Counted from the stretch's first letter, positions 18,140 through 27,573 are shown. The stretch: 64,000 nucleotides of DNA from Saprospiraceae bacterium (GCA_045104975.1 JBGCCY010000129.1:24748-88747); one strand, 5' to 3'. Program-made: numbers and translations. The notes: generated by a model from the sequence alone, not told the origin.

Positions 18140-19102
18140 ATGAAAACTTTAAAAATTATTGGTCTTAGCCTTGTTGGATTAATTATCGTATTAGTCATCG
18201 GTGCTTACTTTTTTGTAAAGAAAAAACTGACACCTGATCCGAATTATCTGGAGTTGACAGAAAGCAGTAATTCCATTCCAATCAAATGGATTGCATCCGA
18301 GTACAGTCCAATTGCTGTTTTATTACTTCCGATCAAATTTGAAGGAATTCCTAAGACTTTTTATATGCAATTTGATACTGGTTCTCCTAGTACTTTGTTG
18401 AGGAGGCAAGCTATGATTTCTATCCAAGAAAAATATCCCAATCAAATTTCAATTGATACTAATGCTGTTAGAATTGAAACTGGATTTCACTTAGGAGAGA
18501 TGGAAGTTTTTTCAAAAAAAATGAAATTATACGATCGAGGAAATAAACCAATTAATTGGAATGATACTTCAAAAGTTATTGTAGTTGGAACCCTTGGTGG
18601 AGATATGATTGATAAAAAAATCACCGTCATGGATTTTAAAAATGGTTGCGTTTATTTTGGGAATGAGGTGCCTGACGAATATCAATCAAATCTCAAATGG
18701 GAAAAATTAATTTATAAAAAACGAAGGACAATGTTTCCTGCGGTAGTGGCTGGAAGAAAAGGCAAAATGATGCATGATACAGGGACAAGTGGGTTTGAAT
18801 TAATTACCAATAAAAAAACTTGGAAAAAACTCTCTAAAAAAAATGCAATACCAGTTGAAGCGTTTAAAGTGAGATCGTGGAAAAGAGAATTGACTGCCTA
18901 TAATATTGAAAGTGATGGAGTATTGAACTTCCCAACAGATACCATTAACTTAACTCAAGTAACTTATATCAAAGGAGCTTCATTTATGCAAAATGCTTTG
19001 ATGCGATCACTTGGAATGGGAGGGATGATTGGTAATCAAGTTTTTATGGATAGGGTTTTGATTTTGGATTGTAGGAATAAAAAATATGCGATTATTAATT
19101 GA
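18140..19102 (+). CDS. Membrane-anchored aspartyl-protease-like protein with two D-T-G motifs
   Basis: N-terminal TM anchor. FDTGSPS at residues 78-84 (D79-T-G, nt 18374-18382) and HDTGTSG at residues 212-218 (D213-T-G, nt 18776-18784) mimic the two catalytic motifs of pepsin/retropepsin-fold enzymes. Confidence 0.5.
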   Translation: MKTLKIIGLSLVGLIIVLVIGAYFFVKKKLTPDPNYLELTESSNSIPIKWIASEYSPIAVLLLPIKFEGIPKTFYMQFDTGSPSTLLRRQAMISIQEKYPNQISIDTNAVRIETGFHLGEMEVFSKKMKLYDRGNKPINWNDTSKVIVVGTLGGDMIDKKITVMDFKNGCVYFGNEVPDEYQSNLKWEKLIYKKRRTMFPAVVAGRKGKMMHDTGTSGFELITNKKTWKKLSKKNAIPVEAFKVRSWKRELTAYNIESDGVLNFPTDTINLTQVTYIKGASFMQNALMRSLGMGGMIGNQVFMDRVLILDCRNKKYAIIN

Positions 19103-19110
19103 TTTAAAAT

Positions 19111-19168
19111 AAAAGATGAGTCATCCCGAACTTTGGTTTTTCAAAAAAATCGAGATGACTCATCTTTT
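19111..19168. terminator. Convergent-gene hairpin
   Basis: Perfect 15-bp stem aaaagatgagtcatc / gatgactcatctttt. It overlaps the stop codon of 19167..20333. Confidence 0.65.
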
Positions 19169-20333
19169 ATTTAGGTATTTTTTTCCAAATTCTACTCCCC
19201 GAAAAAACACCATGTTTTCCTTTTACTTTTAAGGTATTCGGATTTTGTAAAACTAAACTTCCTGATAATTTTCGTTTTTCTTTTGGTTGGAAGATTGTTC
19301 CGCAGCAAAATTCCTTTTCGTTTTTCTTTTTGAAATTTCTTAAAACGAGAATTTTTCTACCATTAATTTTTTTATTGTCTTCTGGTTGATCTGCAGAAAG
19401 AATTTGCCCAAAGAATTGACCATCTTGTTCATAAATCAAAACGACTCCACCACCGTCACTATCTTTCCATTTTCCTTCAATAGAACTTTGACTAAATGCT
19501 GTAAATGAAAACGTTGCCAAAATAATTATTAATGGTAAACTAATTTTCTTCGCAAAAGAAGTCGCTTCTACTTTGCTAAATCTTCGCTCTTGGATCACAT
19601 CATAATTTTTGACATAATCAGGATTTTCTGTCCCCATTAATCTATCCCAAAATCGAAAATACAAACCGTAGTTTCCTTTCACCTTTTCATGATGAAGGTT
19701 GTGATGAGTAGAGGTGTTCATTATTTCAAAAAGAAAAGAATGCCTAAACCATCGTGGTGCAATTTCATATCCTAAATGTCCATACACATTGATAGCAAAA
19801 GAGGAAAGGGTAAACAAAATCAATGACAATGGATGCATTGGAAGTAGAACTAAAATAATCGGCGCAACCATCGCTTCCAATACCCCTTCCGTAAAATGAA
19901 AAGAGTATGAAGTCCAAGGTGATGGATTGATAGATTTATGATGTAACAAATGAATCATTTTATAAAATTTTGGTTGATGAACCGTTCTGTGCATCCAATA
20001 AAAATAAGTGTCATGAATGACCAATCCTAAAACAACACTCGTTGGAATCCACCATAAAGAGTAGTCAGATAAGTTTGTATAAAACTGAGTATACTCTTGA
20101 AGTGGCGTTCTTAAAATTAAGATTCCGACTCCTGCCAAAATGAATGTTGTTTGCATGGAATGGAGGATCTCTCTGATAAAATCTTTTCGCTTAGCGAAGC
20201 GAGATTGGATTTTATTTTTTGAGAATTTTTCAGGAAATAATAAGTAAAAAATTACAAATGGAATTCCTGCCAAAAGAAAGTATCGTAAGATATTGGCTAC
20301 GATCGGAAGAAAATATTGCATATTGTTTTCCAT
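19167..20333 (-). CDS. Fatty-acid hydroxylase/sterol desaturase-family membrane enzyme fused to a DUF2147-like domain
   Basis: His boxes HRTVH, HLLHH and HHNLHH lie in the N-terminal 250 aa. An internal signal-peptide-like helix (KKISLPLIIILATFSFTAFSQ) follows, then GKWKDSDGGGVVLIYEQDGQFFGQI (DUF2147-like). Confidence 0.7.
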   Translation of the reverse strand: MENNMQYFLPIVANILRYFLLAGIPFVIFYLLFPEKFSKNKIQSRFAKRKDFIREILHSMQTTFILAGVGILILRTPLQEYTQFYTNLSDYSLWWIPTSVVLGLVIHDTYFYWMHRTVHQPKFYKMIHLLHHKSINPSPWTSYSFHFTEGVLEAMVAPIILVLLPMHPLSLILFTLSSFAINVYGHLGYEIAPRWFRHSFLFEIMNTSTHHNLHHEKVKGNYGLYFRFWDRLMGTENPDYVKNYDVIQERRFSKVEATSFAKKISLPLIIILATFSFTAFSQSSIEGKWKDSDGGGVVLIYEQDGQFFGQILSADQPEDNKKINGRKILVLRNFKKKNEKEFCCGTIFQPKEKRKLSGSLVLQNPNTLKVKGKHGVFSGSRIWKKIPK

Positions 20334-20417
20334 GATAGTTTTATTTTGAGTGAAGTGATTGATTTTAAATAAAGTAATTAAAGGGAGTTGTCAAAAGTCA
20401 ATTTGAGAGAGACTATT

Positions 20418-21134
20418 CTAGTTTAAATTGATTTCATAAGTAATACCGTTGATGGTTAAAGTAGCTGAACCACCACCGTTAAATGTGATGTCTCCGAGAT
20501 ATGAGAAAGCTGCATCTTGAGTCGAACCTGTGAGTGAGAAAGTTCCGTTTCCAGATTCGATATTATAATTTTGTTTATTGATTTGAAGTGTTACTAGGTC
20601 AGCAGTAAAGGTGCTGTTGATACTTTTTTGTTCTGAGAAATTCAGTTCTTGATTTCCTGTTTTATTATAGTTTCCCGTCAAATCAATGGAACTAATAGAA
20701 GGTTGAAGCCCTGAGGCATTTCCAGAGAAATTACCATTATCGTTCGATTCGATTCTATTAGAATTATATATCGATTCAGTTGTCGAGGAGATAGAAGCAG
20801 TCTGTGGAATATCAAAATTATTGCAGGTCATTTCGTAAGTTAACATCGAAGAATACGAAGTCTGAATGATTACTCCTTGAGTACTATCGGCAATGATTTT
20901 GGTATAAATACTATCACAAATTTCACCAGAGGTAATTGCAGTAACTAGTTGTTCAGCCATGTCTTCTAAGTTAGTGGTCAAGCCACCTGCCGTATCTTGA
21001 AGAGCTGCTTCAATTATTTCTACAGCTTCTCCTTCAGATAGGTCTAAAAGGTCAGTTTCGACTGAGCAAGAAGTTTGAATTAATAAAAAAGTTAAAAGAA
21101 AATAAGCAGGAAGGAATTTTTTTAATTGAGTCAT
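20418..21134 (-). CDS. Hypothetical lipoprotein
   Basis: Lipobox-like leader (LLIQTSC). The mature part is rich in Ser/Thr/Asn. No family recognised. Confidence 0.55.
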   Translation of the reverse strand: MTQLKKFLPAYFLLTFLLIQTSCSVETDLLDLSEGEAVEIIEAALQDTAGGLTTNLEDMAEQLVTAITSGEICDSIYTKIIADSTQGVIIQTSYSSMLTYEMTCNNFDIPQTASISSTTESIYNSNRIESNDNGNFSGNASGLQPSISSIDLTGNYNKTGNQELNFSEQKSINSTFTADLVTLQINKQNYNIESGNGTFSLTGSTQDAAFSYLGDITFNGGGSATLTINGITYEINLN

Positions 21135-21222
21135 TTTAATTGTTTTTAAATTAATAATAACTCAAAGATATAGGCGGAAGTAGGGAGGTGAGATTAACAA
21201 AAGATAATTAGTGAAAATTATT

Positions 21223-21813
21223 CTAATTTTTCTTTTGAGCGATTCGACTTCTGATACGACTCAAAGAAACAGGAGTGATTCCTAAAACATTGGCGATGTA
21301 TTTATTAGGTACTCGATTAATAATATCAGGATTCGCTTCTACAAATCGAGTATATCGTTCCTCTGGAGAATAGAGTATAAATGATTCGATTTTATCCTGA
21401 GCTCTTTTTAAAATTTTTTGCCAAATGAATTTTCGATTATGAGATAGTTTTGGATTTTTGGAAACTATGTTTTCTAATAAATCATAATCTATATATAAAA
21501 TTTCAGTTGACTCCAAAGCTTGAGCATAATGCCGAGAAGGTTGATTCATCATAATGATATCGATACTGGCATAGGGTTGATTTTCCCAAAATAAACCAAC
21601 TGTGATTTCTTCTCCTTTGTCATTGATGGAGAAGATTCGAATTAATCCTTTTTTGATAAAATAAATTTCTTTTTTTACTGAGCCTTCCTTGAGAAGATAA
21701 TCATTGGGTTCAAATTTTTTGGATTTGGCAGATTTGAATAAAACTTGAGCATCAGAAAGGGAGAGTCCTTTCCCGAACTTGTACATCATTTTTAATTTTT
21801 CAAAATCGACCAT
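21223..21813 (-). CDS. Crp/Fnr-family transcriptional regulator
   Basis: A cNMP-binding-like beta-roll (IYFIKKGLIRIFSINDKGEEITVGLF) plus a C-terminal HTH (YIANVLGITPVSLSRIRSRI). Confidence 0.8.
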   Translation of the reverse strand: MVDFEKLKMMYKFGKGLSLSDAQVLFKSAKSKKFEPNDYLLKEGSVKKEIYFIKKGLIRIFSINDKGEEITVGLFWENQPYASIDIIMMNQPSRHYAQALESTEILYIDYDLLENIVSKNPKLSHNRKFIWQKILKRAQDKIESFILYSPEERYTRFVEANPDIINRVPNKYIANVLGITPVSLSRIRSRIAQKKN

Positions 21814-21840
21814 GGATAATTAATTTAGTTTTTTCCCAAA

Positions 21841-21888
21841 ATAACAAAAAGTCTTACAGAATTATTTTCTGTAAGACTTTTGTTTTTT
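21841..21888 (-). terminator. Intrinsic terminator after thrS
   Basis: Perfect 15-bp stem aaaagtcttacagaa / ttctgtaagactttt (21847-21861 / 21867-21881), followed by a T-run on the minus strand. Confidence 0.75.
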
Positions 21889-21905
21889 GATATGGTTTAA
21901 ACGAA

Positions 21906-23828
21906 CTACAACTGCTCCGTAAAATACTGCACAAAATCATCCATCGACATTTCCCCAACATCTCCTTCTCCTTGTTTCCGTACGCCAACCGTTCCTGCTT
22001 CCTCTTCTTTCTCTCCAACGATTAGCATAAACGGAATCTTCGCAACTTCATTATCTCGGATTTTTTTACCAATTGATTCTGTTCGCGTATCAATGATTCC
22101 TCGAATATCATGAACCGCCAAAGCATCTTGAACCTTATAAGCGTACTCATTATACTTATCACTCAATGGCAAAATCGCAAATTGCTCAGGCGCTAACCAC
22201 AATGGAAATTTACCACCACAATGCTCAATCAAAACTCCCATGAATCTTTCCATACTTCCGAAAGGTGCTCGGTGAATCATTACAGGTCGATGCTTTTCAT
22301 TATCTGCACCAACGTATTCTAATTCGAATCGTTCTGGCAAATTATAATCTACTTGAATTGTACCTAATTGCCAACTTCGACCCAAAGCATCTTTAACCAT
22401 AAAGTCCAACTTAGGGCCATAAAATGCAGCTTCTCCTAATTCAGTAATTGTTTCCAAACCAACTTCTTGCGTTGCTTCGATAATCGCACGTTCTGCTTTA
22501 TCCCAATTTTCATCAGAACCAATATACTTCTCTTTGTTATTTGGATCACGCAATGAAATTTGAGCAGTTACATTTTCGTAACTAAATTTTTTCAAGACAT
22601 GCAAAGTCAAATCTAGTACATCTAAAAATTCCGCTTTTAACTGATCAGGTGTACAAAATATATGCGCATCATCTTGCGTAAAACCTCGCACTCGAGTCAA
22701 TCCATGCAATTCACCAGTTTGTTCATATCGGTAAACCGTTCCGAATTCTGCAATTCGCAAAGGCAACTCTTTGTAAGACCTTGGACGTACTCCAAAGACT
22801 TCACAATGATGAGGACAGTTCATCGGCTTCAACAAAAATTCTTCACCATCTCTCGGCGTATGAATTGGTTGAAAACTATCTTCTCCATATTTTTCATAAT
22901 GACCTGAAGTCACATATAAATCTTTCTTCGCAATATGAGGAGTAATCACCGGTTGGTACCCTCTTTTGATTTGTTCTTTTTTCAAAAAGTCTTCTAAGCG
23001 AGTTCGCAACGCAGTTCCTTTTGGTAACCAAATCGGAAGACCAGCACCTACTTTTTCAGAAAACATAAACAACTCCATTTCTTTACCCAGTTTTCTGTGG
23101 TCGCGTTTTTTCGCTTCCTCGAGCATGTGTAGATATTCTGTGAGTTCTTTATTTTTTGGAAATGAAATTCCATAAATCCGAGTCATTTGATTTCGAGTAT
23201 CATCGCCTTGCCAGTAGGCACCTGCGACTTTCATCAATTTGACAGCTTTGATTTTTGAAGTATTCGGCATGTGTGGTCCTCGACACAAATCGACAAAACC
23301 TCCTTGCGTGTAAAGTGTCAACGCTTCATCTTCTCCTCTTTTTTCAATCAACTCAATTTTATACTCATCGCCTTTGTCTTGGAAAAATTTCAACGCTTCT
23401 GCTCTCGAAATATCTTGACGAACGAAGTCATTTTTTTGACGCGCCAACTCCAGCATCTTATCTTCGATTTTTTTAAAATCATCAGAAGAGATTTTGTTGT
23501 CACCTGGGTCTACATCATAGTAAAAACCATTTTCGATAGCAGGACCAGTTCCTAATTTGATACCTGGATAAACTGCTTCTAAAGCTTCCGCCATCAGATG
23601 CGCAGAGGAGTGCCAAAATGTTTTTTTCCCTTCCTTGTCATTCCATGTCAATAATTGTACGGTTGAATTTTCAGTAATTGGACGCATGGAATCCCACACT
23701 TCGCCATTCACTTTTGCGGACAAAACATTCCGCGCCAATCCTTCGCTGATGGATTGTGCAACTTGCATGGCAGTAACTGCTGAGTCGTATTCACGAACGC
23801 TACCATCTGGAAGAGTAATTTTAATCAT
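21906..23828 (-). CDS. thrS: Threonine--tRNA ligase
   Basis: 640 aa. Contains a TGS N-terminal domain ([14 protein letters not shown]), an editing domain, class II motifs ([36 protein letters not shown]) and an anticodon-binding C-terminal domain. Confidence 0.97.
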   Translation of the reverse strand: MIKITLPDGSVREYDSAVTAMQVAQSISEGLARNVLSAKVNGEVWDSMRPITENSTVQLLTWNDKEGKKTFWHSSAHLMAEALEAVYPGIKLGTGPAIENGFYYDVDPGDNKISSDDFKKIEDKMLELARQKNDFVRQDISRAEALKFFQDKGDEYKIELIEKRGEDEALTLYTQGGFVDLCRGPHMPNTSKIKAVKLMKVAGAYWQGDDTRNQMTRIYGISFPKNKELTEYLHMLEEAKKRDHRKLGKEMELFMFSEKVGAGLPIWLPKGTALRTRLEDFLKKEQIKRGYQPVITPHIAKKDLYVTSGHYEKYGEDSFQPIHTPRDGEEFLLKPMNCPHHCEVFGVRPRSYKELPLRIAEFGTVYRYEQTGELHGLTRVRGFTQDDAHIFCTPDQLKAEFLDVLDLTLHVLKKFSYENVTAQISLRDPNNKEKYIGSDENWDKAERAIIEATQEVGLETITELGEAAFYGPKLDFMVKDALGRSWQLGTIQVDYNLPERFELEYVGADNEKHRPVMIHRAPFGSMERFMGVLIEHCGGKFPLWLAPEQFAILPLSDKYNEYAYKVQDALAVHDIRGIIDTRTESIGKKIRDNEVAKIPFMLIVGEKEEEAGTVGVRKQGEGDVGEMSMDDFVQYFTEQL

Positions 23829-23843
23829 CTGTAATTTTTTTTT

Positions 23844-23939
23844 CGTAGCAGGACTCTCTGAGTTCAGTATGTTTTAGTAAAATAGATTTCGTAATCTATT
23901 TTTGAATTTTGAAATCTGGACTCAGAGAGTTCAGCTACG
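23844..23939. repeat. GGACTCTCTGAGTCC-type palindromic element (copy 2)
   Basis: Arms cgtagcaggactctctgagttcag (23844-23867) and ctggactcagagagttcagctacg (23916-23939). The inner hairpin is aaatagatt tcgt aatctattt. Confidence 0.6.
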
Positions 23940-24120
23940 TATTAAATATTTGTCTTTGTTTACGATTTCTTTATAGGAAAAGTTCTTTTAAAGTGCGCAA
24001 AAATAAGGGTTTTTACTAATATTCAAAAGAAGTAGGAAAACAGGTTCAATAAAGTTTTATTTTGAACTATTTTTTATAAAAGCTGTTAATTCATGTATAT
24101 ACATCTATTTTATAAAATAT

Positions 24121-24195
24121 CCGTAAATCCACTCTCTGAGTCGTAATCTATTTACAAGTTTTTTATGAGAAATGATTCAGAGAATCGGCTTACGG
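24121..24195. repeat. GGACTCTCTGAGTCC-type palindromic element (copy 3, degenerate)
   Basis: Arms ccgtaaatccactctctgagtc and gattcagagaatcggcttacgg. Shares tcgtaatctattt with copy 2. Ends 15 nt before the pirin ATG. Confidence 0.55.
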
Positions 24196-24210
24196 AAAAA
24201 ATAAAAAATT

Positions 24211-24975
24211 ATGTCAGTTCAAGTAATTCCAAAAGAAAACCAAGGTTACGGCGCATTCAACGGCGGTGAAATCATTGAAAACAAACCAATCGGATTCCCG
24301 CAAGATGGGGGAGAAGTAAAGCCTTTTTCCAATCTATTTTATTGGGCTTATGCCGAAGCAAAAGTAGAAAGCACTATTGGTCTACATCCTCATCAAGGAT
24401 TTGAAATTATGTCATTTGTCTTGAATGGAAAAATAGAACATTTCGATACTCAATTAAATGACTGGAAATCTTTAAACAAAGGAGATGCTCAAATTATCCG
24501 AGCAGGCAAAGGAATTAGTCATGCCGAAAAAATGGGCGAAGGTTCGGTCATGTTTCAAATTTGGGTTGATCCGAGTTTGCAAAAAACGATGCAACAACCT
24601 GCGAGCTACGATGATTATCGACATGAAGATTTTCCAGTAAAAACCGAAAATGGAATTTCCATAAAAATTTATTCAGGCGATGGCGCACCACTCACGATGG
24701 ATACTCCTGGAATGAATATTTCAGAATGGAGTTTTGAAAAAGGGAGTTTCGAAAAAGCGACAGATTTACAAAAAATCTATTCAATCTATATTCTGGAAGG
24801 AGAGGTAATATTGAATGGTGAAAAAGCAGCACAAGATGCTTTTGTGATTGTTCAAGATACGAACGAAATAAAAATTGAAACAGAAGAAGGAGGAAGACTT
24901 TTTGTTATTGCTTCTGATAAAAAACTAAACTATCCGACGTATGCTGAAATGATGCAGGCGAGAATGAGGAGGTAA
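24211..24975 (+). CDS. Pirin-family (bicupin) protein
   Basis: Cupin metal motif HPHQGFEIMSFVLNGKIEH and a two-cupin length. Confidence 0.8.
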   Translation: MSVQVIPKENQGYGAFNGGEIIENKPIGFPQDGGEVKPFSNLFYWAYAEAKVESTIGLHPHQGFEIMSFVLNGKIEHFDTQLNDWKSLNKGDAQIIRAGKGISHAEKMGEGSVMFQIWVDPSLQKTMQQPASYDDYRHEDFPVKTENGISIKIYSGDGAPLTMDTPGMNISEWSFEKGSFEKATDLQKIYSIYILEGEVILNGEKAAQDAFVIVQDTNEIKIETEEGGRLFVIASDKKLNYPTYAEMMQARMRR

Positions 24976-24978
24976 AAG

Positions 24979-25012
24979 AAAAGATGATGAGTTTTAAAAC
25001 TCATCATCTTTT
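24979..25012. terminator. Bidirectional terminator (perfect 34-nt palindrome)
   Basis: The sequence aaaagatgatgagtttt|aaaactcatcatctttt lies between the pirin (+) and dodecin (-) stops. Confidence 0.7.
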
Positions 25013-25019
25013 AGTTGAT

Positions 25020-25220
25020 TTATTTCACTTCAAAAGTGATTTTCAAGTTTACTCGATAAGCTGTAACTTTGTTTTTGTCTACAACTACACTTTGACTTTG
25101 AACGTAAGCAGATTTAATGTTTTTTACATTTTTTCCTGCTCTTGCAACGCCTCTAGCGGTTGCGTCTTCCCAACTTTTTTTCGAATCTGATAAGATTTCG
25201 ACGACTTTCATAATTGCCAT
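25020..25220 (-). CDS. Dodecin-family flavin-binding protein
   Basis: 66 aa. The sequence KVVEILSDSKKSWEDATARGVARAGKNVKNIKSAYV...VNLKITFEV matches the dodecin pattern. An alternative ATG lies at 25211. Confidence 0.7.
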   Translation of the reverse strand: MAIMKVVEILSDSKKSWEDATARGVARAGKNVKNIKSAYVQSQSVVVDKNKVTAYRVNLKITFEVK

Positions 25221-25342
25221 AGTAATGTTATTTTTAAGGTGTTAAAAAATAAATAGTATTTGATAAAATTTGTCTTCATTGTTAAGAATGACAAAAGAAT
25301 CATATAAATAATTTTTGGATGATTCAATTAACAAAGTTTCAA

Positions 25343-25388
25343 TATAAAAAAAAAATACGCCAACGAAATACTTTTCGTTGGCGTATTT
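25343..25388 (-). terminator. Intrinsic terminator for 25524..26177
   Basis: Stem aatacgccaacgaaa / tttcgttggcgtatt with a 4-nt loop, followed by a long T-run on the minus strand. Confidence 0.75.
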
Positions 25389-25523
25389 TCTATTTAACGC
25401 AAGTGTATGGAATTTGTTTACTCAGATATAAATAGAGTTATCTAAATTAGAAATTGAAAAGTATTAATTTTTATCTGAACCTATTTTTTAACATATACTT
25501 AGCGTTTAAATAAAAGAAGTTGA

Positions 25524-26177
25524 TTACTTAGCAGCTAATTCTTTTACTTTTTCAAATAATTTCATCTCATCACCTGAGGAATATTTTCTTTTGTGATAAG
25601 CGATCTTTCCATCTTTATCAAAAATAAAAGTCTGTGGTAAACCATTTAATTCACCTGGCATTACTAACCTAAATTCACGATTGGTATCATGAAATGTTTC
25701 CCAAGGCCATTCTTCTTTTTCTACTCTTTTGATGAAGTTATTATAATTCTTTTTGAAGTCCGTTGAGATAGCTACAAGATTAAAGTCAGCTTCTTCCTTC
25801 CAATTAGGATATACTTTTTTGATCGCATTCATTTCCATTCGGCAAGGATAACACGTGGTTAACCAAAAAAGTACCACAGTTGGTTTTCCATTACCCATTA
25901 AGGTTTTCTCAGAATTCAAAACTTCCTTTTTTGCATTCGTCATGGAAATGTCGAAAGGGAAAGTGCTGTTAATATCCTTTTTTTGACGAGCAGTACTGAC
26001 GATCATATTGGATCGTCGTGGAGGAGTTGTATCTCGTTGGATATTATTAGTGGGAGCTAGACCTGCCGAAGCTTCAACAACTTGAGGAGGTTCTCCACAA
26101 GCAATAATATGCGAAGGATTTTTATCCCCACAACTGAATAACAATACAATTACAAAAAAAGAAAATAAATTTTTCAT
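25524..26177 (-). CDS. TlpA-like thiol-disulfide oxidoreductase lipoprotein
   Basis: Lipobox (LLFSC) and a thioredoxin fold with the active-site motif WLTTCYPC. Confidence 0.75.
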   Translation of the reverse strand: MKNLFSFFVIVLLFSCGDKNPSHIIACGEPPQVVEASAGLAPTNNIQRDTTPPRRSNMIVSTARQKKDINSTFPFDISMTNAKKEVLNSEKTLMGNGKPTVVLFWLTTCYPCRMEMNAIKKVYPNWKEEADFNLVAISTDFKKNYNNFIKRVEKEEWPWETFHDTNREFRLVMPGELNGLPQTFIFDKDGKIAYHKRKYSSGDEMKLFEKVKELAAK

Positions 26178-26257
26178 GTTTTTTATTTTAAAAATTTATT
26201 AAGTATTGCTCACGTCTGTCTCAATACTTATATCTCAAAATCTCAATACCAAGTTAA

Positions 26258-27304
26258 TTATTTTGTGGCTTGAGTAACTCTTTCCAATCCTTTTTTAGCA
26301 TTTTCATAATCAGGATTGAATTTTAAGATTCGTTCATAATCCGCTTTTGCTGCTTCAAAATTTTTCTTGTTTTCAAAAGCAACTGCTCGATGATAATAAG
26401 CTACACCAAATTCAGGGTTTACATTTACTGCAATATTAAAATTTGTAATGGCTTGATCAGCAGAATCTCTTTCCAAATAAATTACACCAAGTCGATCGAA
26501 TGCTTCTGCATATTGAGGATCTACTTTTATGATTTTTTTCAAAAGGGAAGAAGCTTTATCTAATTGATCATTATTATGCAAATATGAAGCCTTGTTGTAA
26601 AGGACATCTGGATTTTCAGGGGAAGTCAGGACAGCATTTTCAAAATATTGTTCCGCCAAAATATTTCCATCTTCAGCAAATATTTTTCCCAATAAAACCC
26701 ATCCATCCGTATGATCAGGGTCGAGTTCCACACATCTTTGAAGTGCTTTAATTGAGGCATCTTTATTTCCCATCAAAGTATGATTCAATCCAATCATAAA
26801 AAATCCTTCGGGATTGTCAGGTTCGATTTTCATGATCCTTGCGATAGACATCATGGAAGCATCGTACATTTTTAGAATTTGCTGGATTTCAGCTAATTTC
26901 AATAAAGAAGGAATCCGTTTAGGGTACAATGCTACGCAACGTTTCATCGTCTGCAATGCCAATCGTGACTTATAATAATCTAAATATATCTCTGAAAGTA
27001 AATGATGATAATCTGCATTGGTGGAGTCAATTTTCATTGCCGCAGCCATATCAACGATGGCATAATCGTATCCTTCATTGTTATAAAATGCTTCGGCTCG
27101 AGCTGCGTATAATTTAGGGTCTTCGGGGGTTTGCGCAATTTGATCAGTTAAGTTGTCTATTGCTGCGACTCCAGTTTTACCTAATTGTTGAGTAGATGAG
27201 TTTTCCTCGGTTATAGTATTTGAGGAAGGTTTCTTATTATCACAGGCACTCAATAATAAAGCGATACTCGCTAAAAATATAAAATTCAATATTAGTTTAT
27301 TCAT
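26258..27304 (-). CDS. TPR-repeat lipoprotein
   Basis: The track ORF 26258..27451 is trimmed to the ATG at 27304 (MNKLILNFIFLASIALLLSAC, lipobox). Multiple 34-aa TPR-like repeats are present (AEAFDRLGVIYLE..., GVAYYHRAVAFEN...). Confidence 0.75.
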   Translation of the reverse strand: MNKLILNFIFLASIALLLSACDNKKPSSNTITEENSSTQQLGKTGVAAIDNLTDQIAQTPEDPKLYAARAEAFYNNEGYDYAIVDMAAAMKIDSTNADYHHLLSEIYLDYYKSRLALQTMKRCVALYPKRIPSLLKLAEIQQILKMYDASMMSIARIMKIEPDNPEGFFMIGLNHTLMGNKDASIKALQRCVELDPDHTDGWVLLGKIFAEDGNILAEQYFENAVLTSPENPDVLYNKASYLHNNDQLDKASSLLKKIIKVDPQYAEAFDRLGVIYLERDSADQAITNFNIAVNVNPEFGVAYYHRAVAFENKKNFEAAKADYERILKFNPDYENAKKGLERVTQATK

Positions 27305-27393
27305 GTTGCAAAAATAACCTTTTTTATAAAAACGTTCACGATTCCGTTTTATTGAATTTTGGGAAAAGTCAGGTTTGTGACGGTTATATTGTT

Positions 27394-27480
27394 TGATTGT
27401 TCTACTATTTTGGCTGTTTGAATGTTTTGACACTAAGAGTAGAACAGTCAAAAGAGTTAAATAGTAGAACAGTCAAATAG
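27394..27480. repeat. Three copies of a 14-17-nt motif (AGTAGAACAGTCA) in the divergent TPR / ECF-sigma promoter region
   Basis: The inverted copy tgattgttctactattt lies at 27394-27410. Direct copies agtagaacagtcaaa lie at 27439-27453 and 27464-27478, spaced 25 bp apart. Confidence 0.6.
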
Positions 27481-27517
27481 TTCCAACATTAAAATCATCA
27501 AAAAAAAAATCCAAAAA

Positions 27518-27545
27518 TTCCAACTATTCATTTTTCGCTTCGTCT
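27518..27545 (+). promoter_or_regulatory. Candidate ECF-type promoter (AAC-N16-CGTC)
   Basis: The sequence ttccAAC (AAC at 27522-27524), a 16-nt spacer and CGTC (27541-27544) lie about 30 nt upstream of the GTG at 27574. Many ECF sigmas autoregulate from AAC/CGT-type promoters. Confidence 0.35.
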
Positions 27546-27573
27546 TTTAATCATAACTTCAAGTGAAATAACC

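Noticed and set aside
23829-24210. T-box or other leader riboswitch upstream of thrS.
   Set aside because: No specifier-loop or T-box consensus is visible, and the structure present is explained by the palindromic repeat units. T-box leaders are not expected in this phylum.
26258-27451. 49-aa N-terminal extension of the TPR lipoprotein ORF. Similar TTG/GTG-extended starts occur at 2534, 8244, 31823, 35370, 41074, 44132, 60776 and 31702.
   Set aside because: In each case an internal ATG gives a canonical signal peptide, lipobox or conserved N-terminus, and the extension looks like translated intergenic DNA.
27394-27480. Short direct repeats that could be mistaken for a mini CRISPR array.
   Set aside because: There are only two direct copies of 15 nt plus one inverted copy, with 10-nt spacers and no cas genes. 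A regulatory site is far more likely.
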